Assembly (NCBI RefSeq): GCF_004010195.1
Contig: NC_057718.1
Coordinates: 18,375,689-18,439,688 of the forward strand
DNA: 64,000 bases
Direction of reading: 5' to 3'
Source of the DNA: Chiloscyllium plagiosum
Taxonomy: Eukaryota
In this document: positions 1-13,544 of the stretch, in pieces
Numbering within the stretch: the first letter of the stretch is position 1
Layout: each line of letters opens with the position of its first letter
Made by a program: the position numbers and the translations under genes
Notes under the pieces: model-generated
What the model was told of the DNA's origin: nothing
What the model saw: only the letters and a program-made list of their open reading frames with translations
Databases searched by the model: none

Positions 1-182
1 GTAGATTGACCATGCTAAATTGCCCATAGCATCCAGGGATGTGCAAATAAGGTGGGTTAGCCATGATACGTGCAGGGTTACTGGGATAAAGCAGAGGGTG
101 GGTCTGGGTGGGATGCTCTTCAGAAGGTCGTTGTGGACTTGATGGGCTGAATGGCCAGCTTCCACACTGTAAGGATTCTAGA
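1..182 (+). mobile_element. HE1-like V-SINE, 3' part (runs off window start)
   Basis: catgctaaattgcccatag ... ttccacactgtaaggattcta; matches the other copies at 10349, 29646, 49319, 58626 and 63710. Confidence 0.85.
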
Positions 183-194
183 TAGGGACCAACA

Positions 195-304
195 ATTATG
201 GGGAGAAGGCAGGAGAGTGGGGTTGAGAAATATATCAGCCATTATAGAATGGCAGAGCAAACTTCATAGGCCGGAATTCTGTTCCTGTGTCTTATGGTCT
301 TATG
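195..304 (+). mobile_element. CR1 LINE 3' end fragment
   Basis: ggggagaaggcaggagagtggggttgagaaa ... tcttatggtcttatg tail, same as 13790-13908 and 38820-38930. Confidence 0.7.
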
Positions 305-418
305 GAAACACTAACTCTGTTTTTCTCTCTCCTCAGGTGCTGCCAGACATGATGAGCTTCTCCAGCACTTTCCATTTTCATTCCAAATTTCCGGCACCCA
401 CAGTATTTTGCTTTTATT
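305..418 (+). mobile_element. PLE-derived terminal repeat tail (family B), ribozyme part missing
   Basis: taactctg...tgctgccagac...gagcttctccagca...cagtattttgcttttatt; reverse complement resembles 31246-31350. Confidence 0.55.
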
Positions 419-1399
419 TGAAAAATTTACATTGTGACCTCTTTTGAAACGCTTCTGAGATTTGGCCGGATACTGAAGAACATAAACGCAAGCCTCCTTC
501 TCAGTTGCTGAGGTCGGACCAATTTGCATTAAATCAATTGCATCTGTATCCTTAATGTTTCTGAAGTACAGTTTGCATTTGCAACATTGATATGCAACAA
601 GCAAATTTAATCTAAAGGTCCAGGCACAAGCCACCTTCTGCATAATGATGCTAACAGAAGGAAGATAAAAGAACACTGTAGGTACACATAAACTGTGACT
701 GTTATACATGAGAGAGAATAAAGAGTTAGCATGTCACTGAGAAGGGGACACTGAGCCTGGAAGTGATAAAGTATCACTTATTTGATTCAATAATCAAGCC
801 TATAGCAAAGGAATTGAAATTGCATTTCTCTTCTGTGCAGTATAGGCTTAAAAGTTTAGTAGATCATCTCGCCCACCTCATTCAGTATACTTTAGCAAAA
901 GGGTAATTATCCAACAGACATGCCTTCTTTAAATTTAATTTGCTTTGTATTTGCCGATGTGAAAGTTGCTCCAGCAGAGTTTTATACCCTCTAATGTGAC
1001 TGCAGAAATAGCAGAACTTTTCAACCAAATATAATGGTAATGGTTATGTTTAACGCAAAGGCATTTAGAGCTGTCAGTCTCTCTGTTAGAATCCTTGTTA
1101 GTGCCTGCAGTAATAGACTGCCTGAGATTACTGAGCCTTGTCATTTATTCTATCGTGATTTGCTGACGTGTTACTTTGCAGTGCAGGTTCCTTTTTTAGA
1201 GGCCAGTCAGCTCTGTGTTAAAGGTGCAGGGTGTTGGTGCTTTAGACTATTTAGCCTTGGTACTCTGAGGCTCTGAGGGATTGCTGACATTGAAATGTTT
1301 CCATAGTTCAGTTGAAGAGCTTGGGTTCAATTCTGGCAGCAATGCAATTGGTTTGCAGTCGTAAACGGCCTCATGAAAATATAGTAATGTACTTCCAGA

Positions 1400-1810
1400 T
1401 AATTTTTTTAATGAATTGTTTGATGGGATGTGGGCATCATTGACAAGTCCAGCATTTCTTGCCCATCCCAAATTGTACTTGGTCTAAGTTGTGAGGCTAT
1501 ATCGGAGAATAGTTAAGAGTCAACTACATAACTGTGGGTCTGGAGTCACACAAAGAATAGACCTGGATATGTGATATACTTCCCTAAAAGACACTTATAG
1601 ACTCAGAGTCATGGAGTCAGACCGCACAGAAACAGATCCCTCAGTCCAACTGGTCCATGCTCACCAAGTTTCCTGAACTAAACTAGCCCCATTTCCTTGT
1701 ATTTAATGGGTTTTTACTGGAATTAATGATGGCTTCATGGCCATTAATAGAGCTAGCTGTACATTCTGACATTCTGGGTTGAATTTGACTTCCACCAGCT
1801 GACGTGTGGA
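1400..1810 (-). mobile_element. tRNA-type SINE (family X), interrupted by a CR1 3' tail at ~1597-1700
   Basis: gggatgtgggcatc...cagcatttcttgcccatccc...gtgggtctggagtcaca; homologous to 8483-8800 and 32015-32375. Confidence 0.65.
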
Positions 1811-1849
1811 ATTCCAGTTCTAATAACAGACACCTAATGTTCAAAAGAC

Positions 1850-2045
1850 AGAAATATGACAACGAACAGATCTTTTATAGCTTCCCCCCAACTGAGAGAA
1901 CAGATGGGCCAAGGTTTAACATTTCTCTGAAACCTGGCATTTCCAACAGGTTCCCCTTCAGTACTGTGCTGGAGTTAACTTAGACTTTGTCCTCACATTC
2001 CTGGAGTGTGCCTGAATCTGCAACCATCTGATTTGAAGGCAAGGG
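1850..2045 (-). mobile_element. Deu-domain SINE fragment (SacSINE1/AmnSINE-like)
   Basis: gagagaacagatgggccaaggtttaacatt...cagtactgtgctggag; antisense to the Deu-like copy at 62590-62895. Confidence 0.5.
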
Positions 2046-3407
2046 GCAACTTGGTCTGTGGTAACCTGTCACAACTGGCAGTGTAAGCTTTGTGAGAATT
2101 CATCATTGCAGCAACCAAGACAAGCATAATCTCCTTCTTGTAACTGACCCCACTCCCACCTCTGCAGATGGCAGAGTTGTAGTTCTCTGGCTTGCCTGTT
2201 GCATGTCACTCTTCAAATTGCATGCCAAAACGGTCACTCTTCAAATTGAAGTCTTGTCACTGAATGGCAGAAAGCATCTTGAAGCTGCAGCCTTTACAAA
2301 AAGAAATGGGCAGCTGGTGTTCATAGAACCAAAAAACATTGAATGCGCACTTGCCAGAGAGCATTATTGGGCACTCAACAGCAATACTGACTGCAGCTGA
2401 GTTCCTGCTCCTTCTCCTATTCCAGCCAGAAATTGACACAAACATAGCCAAGATGGGATTGCATGAATGCAGCCACTAACCTTTCCTGTTGCTTGAAGTT
2501 TGCTTCTCTGTCCCATCTCTGAATGCACCAAGCCACGCAAAGGAATGAAATGGGCAACCTGTTCCTCAGCTTCTGCCAGTTGTTGCTCTGAAACAATCTG
2601 CTCGGTGTCAGGGAGCAACCTGAGAAAATGATGGCCTTCAAATTTGTCAATGGGTAAGCTTCCAATTGGCAGCTGATTATGAAATGATGCAGTAAAGCCT
2701 GAGTCTTTATTATTCTTTGCCAGAATGGCTTAAAGCATCACTGCTTCCTGCCATGTACAATGCTCCTGAGTTTTACTGATTGAAATAATATTGGTGTGTT
2801 AGCATTTAAATGATAGTGATTTCAAAGATGCTGTAGGTAATTGTTTTGCAGTTTCAGTGGGTCAACTCTCTGGTTTGTCCTGCCAAATGGGCATCAGTTC
2901 CCACAGCAGTAAAACCAGTAAACTGACGTGGAATACCAAAACTCTACTTTGCTTCTTCCAACTTCCTCAGAGCTAATGAGCTGGCCTGAGAAGTTTTCCT
3001 GATGCAACACCCTATTGTTGAAGGATCTGTCAATGGGCACACAACAGCCTCTTTGCTCTGATCATTCTGTTTGTGCCAATTCCTCAAGGCAGTGGGCAGA
3101 CAACGTGGGCAAAGTGGACAAACAAAGACTACTTTGGCCCAGCTTTTCAGACAGCATCTGCTAATACAAAGTCACATGGACATTTTACACTGCTGCTGCT
3201 ATGGCAGCACACAATGCCTCTGGCCCCCGATATGGAGCAACCACTCTATCCCAGGCTGTCATTCCATTTGCTGTATACCCAAATTAGTGCAATTGAGTCG
3301 AACCTGGGAAAGACTTAGCATTTGCAATTTTAAAAATTAGTAATTGCAAATCCAAGAAAATGTGGCACAATTGTGATATTTCTTCATTGCAGGACAGCTG
3401 CACATAT

Positions 3408-5325
3408 GGACATAGAAACTTAGCAAATCAGAGCAGAAGTAGGCCATTCAGCCCTCTACCTGTTTCACCATTCATTATTAGCATGGCTGATGATCCAAGT
3501 CAGAAGTCTGTTCCTGCTTTTTTTCCCTTATCCTTTAATCCCTTTAACCTTAGATGCTATACCCTACTCTTTCTTGAAATCATCCAATGTTTTAGCCTCA
3601 ACCACTTTTTGTGGCAGTGAATTCCACAGATTCATCACTCTCTGGATGAAGAAGTTTCTCCTCATCTCAGTCCTACATGGTTTGCTGTGTAGCTGAAGAC
3701 TGGGGCCTAGTCTGGAGATTCCTTCCTATATCTACCCTGCCCAATCCCGTTAGAATTTTCGATGAGATCCCACTTCATTTTTCTGAACTCCAGTGATTAG
3801 AACCCTCAATGATTTAACCTCTCCTCATATGTCAGTCCTGCCATCCCAGGTCTCAGTCTGGTAAACCTTCACTGCACTCCCTCTATAGCAAGAACATCGT
3901 TTCTCAGATTAGGAGACCAAAACTGCACACGATATTCCAGGTGAAAATGCAGCAAGACATCCTCCTCCTGTACTTGAATTCTCTCATTATGAAGGCCAAT
4001 ATATCATTTGCCTTCTGTACTGCCTGCTGCAGCTGCATGCTTACCTTCACCGACTGATGTACAAGGACAGTCAGGTCTTGTTGCACATTCCCCTCTCTCA
4101 ATGTATAGACATTCAGATAGTACTCTGCCTTCCTGCTTTTACTCCCAAGGTGGATAATCTCATATTTATCCACAATATACTGCATCTGCCATGTATTTGC
4201 ACATTCACTCAGCCTGTCCAAATCTCTGCATCCTCCTCACAGCTCACTCTCCCACCCAGTTTTGTGTCATCTGAAAATTTGACAAATAGCATTTAGTTCC
4301 TTCTTCCAAATCATGAATATGAATTGTGAATATCTGGAGTTTTAGCGCTGATCCCTGCAGTATTCCACTATTCATTGCTTGGCTTTTGGAAAAGAACCCG
4401 TTTATTCCCATTCTTTGTTTCCTGTCACCCAACCAGTTTTCTATCTATGTCAGTACACTACCATCTCACCCCCTTCCATTGCACATCCCCCCATCCCTGG
4501 CCCATGTGCAATAATTTTACACGCTAGTCTCTAATGTGGGACTTTATCAAAAACCTTCTGAAAGTCCAAATAAACCATATCCAAGTGCTCTCTTTCATCA
4601 ACTTCACTAATTACATCCTCAAAGAATTCTAGTAGATTTGTCAAACATGGTCTCCCTTTCATAAATCCAAGGTGACTCTGTCCCATCATGCCACTGCTTT
4701 CCAAATGCTCAGCTATTAATTCTTTGTCAGTCTCCCTGGTCTCTAATTCTTGGGTTTCTCTTTGCCACCCATCTTAAATAGAGGTGTTACATTAACTATC
4801 CTCCAATCTGTAGGAACCCTTCCAGAGTCTATGGAATCTTTGAATGACCGTTGATGCTGTTTCTAGGGCCAGTTCCTTAAGTACTGTGGGAAGTAGACTA
4901 TCAGGGCCAGGGGATGTATTGGCCTTCAATCCCATCAATATTCCTACATCACTTCCCTGCAATTATTAATTTCCTTCAGTTCCTCCCTCTCACTAAAACC
5001 TGACATTTGTAGTCAGTTATGTGCATCCTTCTTTGTGAGCACAATCCCAAACTATGTATGTAGTTGATCAACCATTTCTTCATTCTTCATTATAAATTCT
5101 CCTGTTTCTGGCTATAAGGGATCTCTAGTTGCCTCCATCAATCTTTTTCTCTTCACATACCTGTAGAAGCTTTTACAGTCAGTTTTTATGGTCCCTACAA
5201 GCTTATTCTCATACTCCATTTTCCCTTTCTTAATCAATAATTTTGTCTTCCTTCCCTGAATTCTAAATTGCTCCCAGCTCTCAGTTTTGTTGCTATTTGT
5301 TCTGGCCAATTTGTGATTTTCTTCT
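3408..5325 (-). mobile_element. CR1 LINE, 5'-truncated, degenerate RT
   Basis: ORF fragments MDRLSECANTWQMQY..., GILQGSAL and DCKSFYRYVKRKR are CR1 ORF2 motifs; 3' tail at ~3410. Confidence 0.9.
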
Positions 5326-5349
5326 TGGAACGTAAAGTCTTGAAAGGTT

Positions 5350-5447
5350 TAGAGTCGAGAGTGTGGCACTGGAAAAGCACAGCAGGTCAGGCAGCATTTG
5401 AGGAGCAGGAGAGTCGATGTTTTGAGCAAAAGCCCTTCATCAGGAAA
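5350..5447 (-). mobile_element. Solo PLE terminal repeat (family A) with decayed hammerhead
   Basis: Minus strand CTGATGA-A-GGGC-TTTT-GCTC-AAAA-CATC-GACTCTCC...gctgcctgacctgctg; GAAA mutated to AAAA. Confidence 0.8.
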
Positions 5448-6816
5448 GTTTACCCTGTCAATGATGCTGTCACTAACCAACTGGAGAGAAAGGAATTTTT
5501 CCCTGAGTTTTACACATAAGTTCATTGCCAATGTTGTAACAATTAGTTTTCACTACCTGGGCACTGCACAACATTAACATGTGAGTGACATTCTGCCAAT
5601 GATATATCCTGGCCTCAGCTTTCCGACCCTTTTTATTCATCCCCATGTTCTTTCCCACAAATCTACTTGGCAAAAGATTTTGTTTTCAGAATATTTGCTC
5701 CAAAGAAATAAAATTAGTAATCTTAATAAAAGTGGATTTTATTATGATAATGTTTTATTTTGATGTCTTATAATGGGCCAATGAGAGTTTCAGAAAAAAG
5801 ATAACAAAACATTTGATTGTTCTCCTAACTATAAGCATGTGTGGGTCAATTCTATCTGACCTTGACTGATACACAATAAAGAACTCAAAGTTAGTCATCC
5901 TAACAGACTTTGGCATTCTACGTATTTTGCAAGCACCCTTGTGTTACTGGTTCATGGACTGGAGAAATACTTAAACCATTTCATAAAATCATTGCATATA
6001 TCTATATGCATTACATCACAGAGAGAGCTGCAAATCATTCTCAACCTTTAATCTTTGATTTAAATGGAGTTTAAAAGTGTGGGTTTGAAATGGAGGACAC
6101 GGCAGATAAATTACTGATGTAAGATACTGGTATCTATGGAAATGCATTAAATTGTTAAAGAAACATGAATGAAGAGTACAAGAGAAAAGAAAGAAAAGAT
6201 GGCCCATGTGTGAAGCTAATTTATTGTATCGCCATATTTTTTTCTTGCTATATTTTCATGAGGAGTTTGAATACATGGTTAACTCAATGTTAGTTCCAGA
6301 TTGAGGTGATAGATTCAGACATATCCGAAGTAGTTTCGCTAGAATTCTACCATAAACCTTTTTTCTTCTTAATCCATGTTTGTTTTCCCATTCTTGTAAA
6401 TAGAGAAATAGTGATGCAGGGAAACAAGGGAAAGGGCAAATGAAACATTGATAAAATTAAAGAAGAGATGTTATCTTAACAATTTGAAAAGGCCAAACAG
6501 ACTTGGATTGTTAACTCAGAAAGAAAAGGTTGATGTGTGACCTACTTGAAGATGGTGAAAGAGTGTGATAATGTGATTTGCAGAGAAGATGTGTCCAGCT
6601 ATGGGATAAACTGGAGCTACAGGCCATTTAGAAACTCAATACAGAACTCCGGGGAATTTATTTCACTGAATAAGAGGTGAGAATGTGGTATCCATTACAG
6701 CATGAGACAGATTCACACAACAGATTGTAAACCAAGTCAAATAACCAGATGAATGAGGAAAACAATAGAAGAATATGTTGATGGGATAGGATGAAGGGTG
6801 GTGGGAGGAAGGCTGG

Positions 6817-7490
6817 TCATTGAGTCAAAGAGTGATACAGCACAGAAACAGACCCTTCGGTCCAACCAGTCTGCATTGACCATAATCCCAAACTAAACTA
6901 GTCCCACCTGCCTGCTCCTGGCCCATATCCCTCCAAACCTTTCCTATTCATGTACCTATCCAAATGTCTTTTAAATGTTGTAACTGTACTTGCATCCATC
7001 ACTTCCTCAGGAAGATCATTCCACACACGAACCACCCTCTGTATAAAACATTTGCCCCTCATGTATTTTTTAAATCTCTCTCCTCTCACCTTAAATATAT
7101 GACCCTTAGTCTTGAAATCCCCCATCCTAGGGAAAAGACAACTACCATTAACTCTATCTATACCCCTCATTATTTTATAAACTTCTATAAGATTGCCTCT
7201 TAACTTCCTGCACTCCAGAGAAAACATCCCAGCTTACTCAGCCTCACTTTATAACGCAAACCTTCCATACCCAGTAATATCCTAGAAAATCTCTTGAACC
7301 CTCTGCAGAGGGTTATCCTTCCTATAACTGGGCGACCAAAGTGGATACAGTGTTCCAGATGAGGAGTCATCAATGTCCTATACAACCTCAACATGACTTG
7401 CCAACTTTACTCAAAGGGGTGAACAATGAAGGCAAGTGTGCTAAATGCATCTTTAACCACCATGTCTATATGTGATACAAACTACAAAGT
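6817..7490 (-). mobile_element. CR1 (HER1-like) LINE 3' fragment
   Basis: FSLECRKLRGNLIEVYKIMRG...QRVVRVWNDLP; LYRTLMTPHLEHC. Confidence 0.9.
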
Positions 7491-8482
7491 CAGTGCAGCT
7501 TGCTTAAAATGAGAAGTGATCAATCAAATGAGCATGATTGTTGGACTTAGCTGGACTTCAGGGATTTGGATTTGAGAGAGCATCTTAGAGGGATGCCTTC
7601 TATCAATAACTGATATGGAGACATGCATTGTCCCAGTCTCAATAACTAAAACAAATAAATAAACCTACACTTGAGGGGGTATAACTAATTATAACTAAGT
7701 CATTAGAGAAAAAGAATCTAATAACCACAAAATAATAACAATGCTGTCCTTTACATATCTCACTCCATGAGATGTACACTGGTCACAGAAGGAATGTCGT
7801 CATCTGAGTTGAGTTTCATCAGCTCTTTGATCAATGCTGGTTACACTAAGCTGACTAAAATGTAATGACTTTACAAATTACATTGATAGGGCTGAATGCC
7901 CACACTCATAGAGTTAAAGCGGTAATGAACGTGGATTATGCCACAGCACCCTGTGTCAGTCAGTCAAACAGTCACTGATTAAATGCCTTCAGGCATGCAC
8001 TGTAGATTAATACAAGATTGTAGATGCAAATCTCTCATTCGCTTTCTATTCTGTGATTTTTTTTCCACCCTCTTCTTTCTCCTCTCCTTTGCAGATGTTT
8101 GTTCGGGGTGGGAGGGGACTTCCAGAGGGTACGGATGATGTCACCTCCTGGACTCTGACAGCTCAGTGACATCTCATCGCATGTAAGTGCACAGAGTTTA
8201 GGATGGGATGGGGGGGGGCGGGGTGGAGTTGTGGGTGGTCTCAAAAGAAACTACTGAGGGGCAAAAGGGATTGTGAAAATCTAGGGTCCTTTTCCCCACA
8301 AAATTCATTGAAAGTTTCAAAACTGAGGTTGCTAGAATTTTGTTAGGCAAGGTTATTCAGCATTAGAAAACCAAGCTTAAAAAAAGGCATCTGTGATCTC
8401 CTTGAAACTTGGAACAGGCTCAAGCTATCCCTGTTCCTAATATTTCCAAGCTGTCAGCGTATTCTAGCACACTACGGCCACA

Positions 8483-8800
8483 GGAGAGGTGATGGCTGAG
8501 TGGTATGATTGCTAGAATCCAGATACTCATCTAATGCTCTTAGAATACAGGTTCAAATCCTGCCATGGCAGATGGTGGAATTTGATTCAATAAAGAATCT
8601 GGAATTAGGAGTCGAATGATGACCATGAAACAACTGTCAGGGGGGAAAGAAACCCATCTGGTTCACTAATGCTCTTTAGGGAAGGGAATCTGTCATCCTT
8701 TCCTGGTCTGTTTCCATATGTAACTCCAGACTCACAGCAATGTGGATGAATCTTGACTGCCCACTGGACAATGGCACCCACATCTCTTGAGTGAATTTTA
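8483..8800 (+). mobile_element. tRNA-type SINE (family X)
   Basis: B-box-like ggttcaaatcc at ~8550; catctggttcactaatg...gggaagggaatctg...gtaactccagactcacagcaatgtgg. Confidence 0.7.
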
Positions 8801-9582
8801 AAAATGGAATAACGTCAATAGCTCAAACTTCCAGGAAAATCCTAGACATTTCACAGAATGGGGTTTTACGCAGAATGTATGGTGATATTAGCTCAAAGCA
8901 GAGTGACCTCCCGAAAATTCTAATATATTAGCCTCTTTCAAACTTTTGCTGAAATAAGCAGCAACTGCAATGAATCTGACCAGCATGGCTATCGGCATTC
9001 ATTGGTCAGACTTCATCTCATTGACAGGTTTGTACATTTAATAAGCTTAAGTTATCAAACTGTGCTGGAGATAATCTTCATGATGAACAGTCTTAAGTTG
9101 GAAGCATTACTGTGATATCATTAAGAAGTCTTTGTATTGTCATTTCTTTTAAGTGTTAAATGCTGCTGTACAACTTTATTGCAGGAGTGAATTGAGGTTG
9201 TAGTTGGGACACATTTTGCATTTAGACTCTAGGGCATCTGGCATTAATAGTAAATAAAAGCCACCATGAGGAACTGACTAGCTAGAAGAATGGACTGAGA
9301 GGTAAAATTGTAAATATAAGGTACTAATTAAGTTTGGTTGTTACAGGGAAGCCATTAGCACTCTTCCAATTTGTGAAGAATTGCACACATTTGGGTAAAA
9401 TCCATAGGGTGGTTGCATTGACATGTGTGCTCAGATGGGGGTTGAATGTTGCAAAAGGTGGCCTGTGTTAAGGGTCTGTTAATAGGACACTTGCCAGGGA
9501 TCATTGCACTTACTTGTGGCCATATTTATCGCAGTTAATGGGGCATTTGCCAGGAGATAGAAACTTAGGAATTAGCAGTCAA

Positions 9583-10064
9583 GCACAGGAAAGCTGTTGT
9601 GAAACTGCAAAGGGTTCAGAAAAGATTTACTAGGATGCTGCCAGGGTTGGAAGATTTGAGCTATAGGGAGAGGCTGAATAGGCTGAGGCTGTTTTCCCTG
9701 GAGCATCGGAGGCTGAGGGGTAACCTTCTAGAGGTTTATAAAATCATGATGGGTAAGGATGGAGGAGTCCAAAACTGGATGGCATAGGTTTAATGTGAGA
9801 GGGGAAAGATTTAAAAGGGACCTGAGGAACAGCTTTTTCATGCAGAGGGTGTTGCATGTATGGAATGAGCTGCCAGAAGGAAATGGTGAAGGCTAGTACA
9901 ATTACAGCATTTAAAAGGCATTGGATGGGTATGTGAATAGGAAGGGTTTAAAAGGACATGGGCAAAATGCTGGCAAATGGGACTAAATTAATGTAGGATA
10001 TCTGGTTGGCATGGCCAAGTTGGACTGAAAGGTCTGTTTCCGTGCTGTATATCTCTTTGACTGT
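9583..10064 (+). mobile_element. CR1 LINE 3' fragment
   Basis: KLQRVQKRFTRMLPGLEDLSYRERLNRLRLFSLEHRRLRG; CR1 3' UTR and tail. Confidence 0.9.
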
Positions 10065-10348
10065 ATACGTTAGCACTTTCTGGGGAAATGCCAGTTGATG
10101 GCATATGATTAGAAATTGTTTTTAAATCCAGAGGTAACCAAAGTGATTGTGATTGGTTTGGGATTTGAGGTAAGAAATCCAGACTAGCATTAGAATCAGT
10201 ATTAGGGCAAAAGGTAATTGTTTTAAGATGCAGTGTTAGGAAACTTTGTTAAGAAGCTGTTTTCAGTAGTAAGCATTCAGCAGGAAAACGTACAGCTTGA
10301 GAGAGAGAGAGCAAAGCATTCACCAGATAGCTGAGGTGAACTAGAAAA

Positions 10349-10675
10349 TTAGATTAGATTAGATTCCCTTCAGTGTGGAAACAGGCCCTTTAGCCCAACA
10401 AGTCCACACTGACCCTCTGAAGAGTAACCCACCCAGACCATTCCCCTACCCTATATTTGTCCCTGACTAATGTACCTAACACTATGGGCAATTAAGCATG
10501 GCCAATTTGCCTGACCTGTACACCTTTGGACTGTGGGAGGAAACCGGAGCACCCGAAGGAAACCAATACAGATACGGGGAGAACGCGCAAGTTCCACATA
10601 GTCGCGCAAGGCGGAAATTGGATCTGGGTCCCTGGTGCTGTGAGGCAACAGTGCTAACCACTGAGCCACCGTACC
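10349..10675 (-). mobile_element. HE1-like V-SINE, full length
   Basis: Minus strand GGTACGGTGGCTCAGTGGTTAGCACTGTTGCCTCACAGCACCAGGGACCC head; (tctaa)n tail; aaattaga repeated at both flanks. Confidence 0.9.
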
Positions 10676-10749
10676 AAATTAGAATCAAAGTCTTCAAGTT
10701 ATAAAGGAGTTTTGTACTTATGGTCGAGTAAAGTTGACAGATTTTACAT

Positions 10750-10880
10750 TTTCCTGATGAAGGGCTTTTGCCCAAAACGTTGATTTTCCTGCTCCTCGGA
10801 TGCTGCCTGACCTGCTGTGCTTTTCCAGCACCACTCTAGTCTAGACTCTAATCTCCAGCACCTGCAGTCCTCACTTCCAT
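10750..10880 (+). mobile_element. Solo PLE terminal repeat (family A) with single-hit decayed hammerhead
   Basis: CTGATGA(10754-60)-A-GGGC-TTTT-GCCC-AAAA-CGTT-GATT; tttacatttt repeated at 10743-52 and 10886-95. Confidence 0.85.
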
Positions 10881-12082
10881 CAAAGTTTACATTTTGAAGG
10901 ATGACATGAGTCCATGAGACCAGCTTCAAGGCACTGACAAGTGAAGATCCCAGTAATCCCAGGATCCATTGAAAAAACTGACTGACCAGCATTGAACCTA
11001 TCAGTAGAATGTGAAGTCTTAATCTTTGTTGTCAAATAAACCTTGTTACTTTGTATTCTACATCAATGATTGTCCTTTCTGATAATGAGGTTATTCTCTA
11101 ACATGAATTTTCTTACTCTGGCCTTACTCTGTCCAAACTCAAATACACTTATCCACTGGATCATTCCCACAATATATTGAGTGATATAAATGTACTCAGG
11201 GTAACCATAACCCAAGTAAATTGAATACCACGAGCATTAACCTCTGATTACTAATTTGTAATTAGTTTACTGATTACTAACATGTTTATCTTTGCCAGTC
11301 ACAGTGTATGTCATCAGGCTCGGACAATTGGATTGTAACCAATTTAAGACAATCCCATTAATCTCAGATGTCCTGCTAAAGGGTTTCTTGTTAGGACAAA
11401 AAAATTAGGAGTTAGTGGTACAGCACTTGCTAGCAAGTTACAATCATTTCACCTTTGGCAAGGTGTCAGGACAACGAATGTGGGCAAGACCTCAGCAGTC
11501 ACCTAATGTTAGACACTTCAAAGCACTCCCACTGAATGCATTCAAGAAAACCATTAAGGAGTGACACACCCAATACCAGTACAGATATGGTGGAATTTAT
11601 TTTGTTTGGAAATATTAGAAATGTAAGACTCAACACTGGGTGCGGACCTTTTATGAAGATGTATACATCTTACTACTGGAAATATTGCTAATATTTGAGT
11701 ATCAAGTCCCCTCTAACATTTTCCAACCATTAAAAATTAGGAATATTAGGGTCATGAACAAAGCATACTCAAAGTTGTGTCTTTATTATTCATTTCAGTG
11801 AGTGATGTGGGTCTGAAAACAACATACCAGAGAGGTCGCACTTTCAATTCTTGGTTGCTCTCAATTTGAATAGTGACGAAGGTGCTAGAGGTGACTCTTG
11901 TATTTCCGAAGTAGGAGAATAGGTGAAGGAAAATCAATCTTTCTAGGGCATCCTTTGAAAGAACAAATATGGTTTTCATTGAGATTGCAACTCTCCTGAC
12001 CTCACCACATCCAAAGCTAAGGGCCAATAAAGTCATTCTGATGGCTAGTTATTGTTTGTAAAGTAAGCTCCTACAATATGAT

Positions 12083-12182
12083 ACAAAAACAGAAGTTACT
12101 GGAAAAGCTCAGCAGGTCTGGAAGCATCTGTGAAGAGACATCAGAATTAACATTTCGGGTCTGATGACTCTTCCTCAGAATC
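12083..12182 (-). mobile_element. Solo PLE terminal repeat (family B) with near-intact hammerhead
   Basis: Minus strand GATT-CTGAGGA-A-GAGTC-ATCA-GACCC-GAAA-TG-TT-AATT. Confidence 0.75.
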
Positions 12183-13544
12183 CATAGCTCCTTCTGTTCC
12201 CACAATAAGATAATGACTAGGCCTTTTGCTTTTAATGTTTGAGATATAAATACTGACCCGGGAACACCCCTGTCCGTCTTTGAATAGGGTCATTGGACAT
12301 TTTACATCCATCTGCTAGAGCTGCATGGTTTGATATCTCATCTGAAGCTGCCTATTATGGATCGTTCAGGCAGCATGTAAGAGTAATGGGTTTTAAGTCC
12401 TCCACTGTTGAATGATCTTCTCTACTCTCCATCCGGAATTGCTCATAACAAAATGACTATTTGCATAAGTTACTAGATGGCAGCTGACCCCGTGGAACCA
12501 CACTTCAAGGTAATTCATTTAGTGGTAGATAGAGAATGTTATTTATTCCCTGGGTCTTGACATTGTAAATTTATGCATGTAAGGAGGTGTTTTGACTAAT
12601 GCCAGTTAATTAGCAAATAAAACTAGCATACTGTGTAAAATCAAATTATGGTTATTGCTGCCTTTTTCAAATATGACTCCCACAATGTAATCAATGTCCT
12701 TTAGGTCCTTTAGCAAAATATTGATTGATAAAATTAAAATGCATCCAGGCACTCATTGCACTGCGCAACATTGAGGGTGCACACGTGTGACAAGTAAATA
12801 ATTTATATATTGATAAATTGATAAATAATTGATACTAAGTTAATATTAATATTTAATTATCAAGAAATACTGCAAGGAAGGTGTGGGTGCAAGCCAATGG
12901 AACTTGTAAAGTCTCTGTTCCAAATAAAATCAATTCATATTGCACTAAAAAGAGAAAGGCAGCCTGCCAAGTACCTGCTGTGGTGATGGATGGGCAGAGC
13001 TGGAGCTCAGAATGTTTGGGAGGGTTCCACCGACTTTCATCAATTCAGCCTATGACGAGCAGCAAACCTACACACCAAAGCACAGCAGAATGATCTTGGT
13101 TTTTGAAGCATGAGTTACATGCCGAGTAGCACTCTTTATATTAGAATCATAGCGTGATGCCAGTACAGAAAGAAGCCATTTGGCCCATCATACTCTTGCC
13201 AATAGTTTGTGACAGCCATCCAAGTAGACCTGCATGCCTCCTCTTTCCCAAAGTCCCATGCATCCTTTTTTTTAACTCCTTCTTGTTGTCATCAAGCTTG
13301 CACCTTAGACTGATCCTCAGATTATCTCCACAGCAGGGGAAAGGTTGCAGCACTGGGCAAAAGACCCAAAGATTATCAAGTCATAATCAAACCAAATATG
13401 TGCTTAAAAAATGAATATGTTGGCATGTGCTAAAGTATCAGCAAGAAAACAAATGAGAAAGCTATTGGTTTGTCATGAAAAACCCGCCTTATCTCAAGGA
13501 AGAGACCATGCTATTCCTTCCCCAGTTGCAGCTTTTCAAAGTAA

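Noticed and set aside
2569..2660. Possible exon ending at aatgg|gtaagc
   Set aside because: Stops in all frames and a modest acceptor; no further support
9200..11210. LTR-like sequence interrupted by CR1, HE1 and PLE
   Set aside because: No clear TG...CA termini, primer-binding site or polypurine tract identified
11752..12036. 94-aa minus-strand ORF in unique sequence
   Set aside because: No recognisable domain and no convincing splice sites
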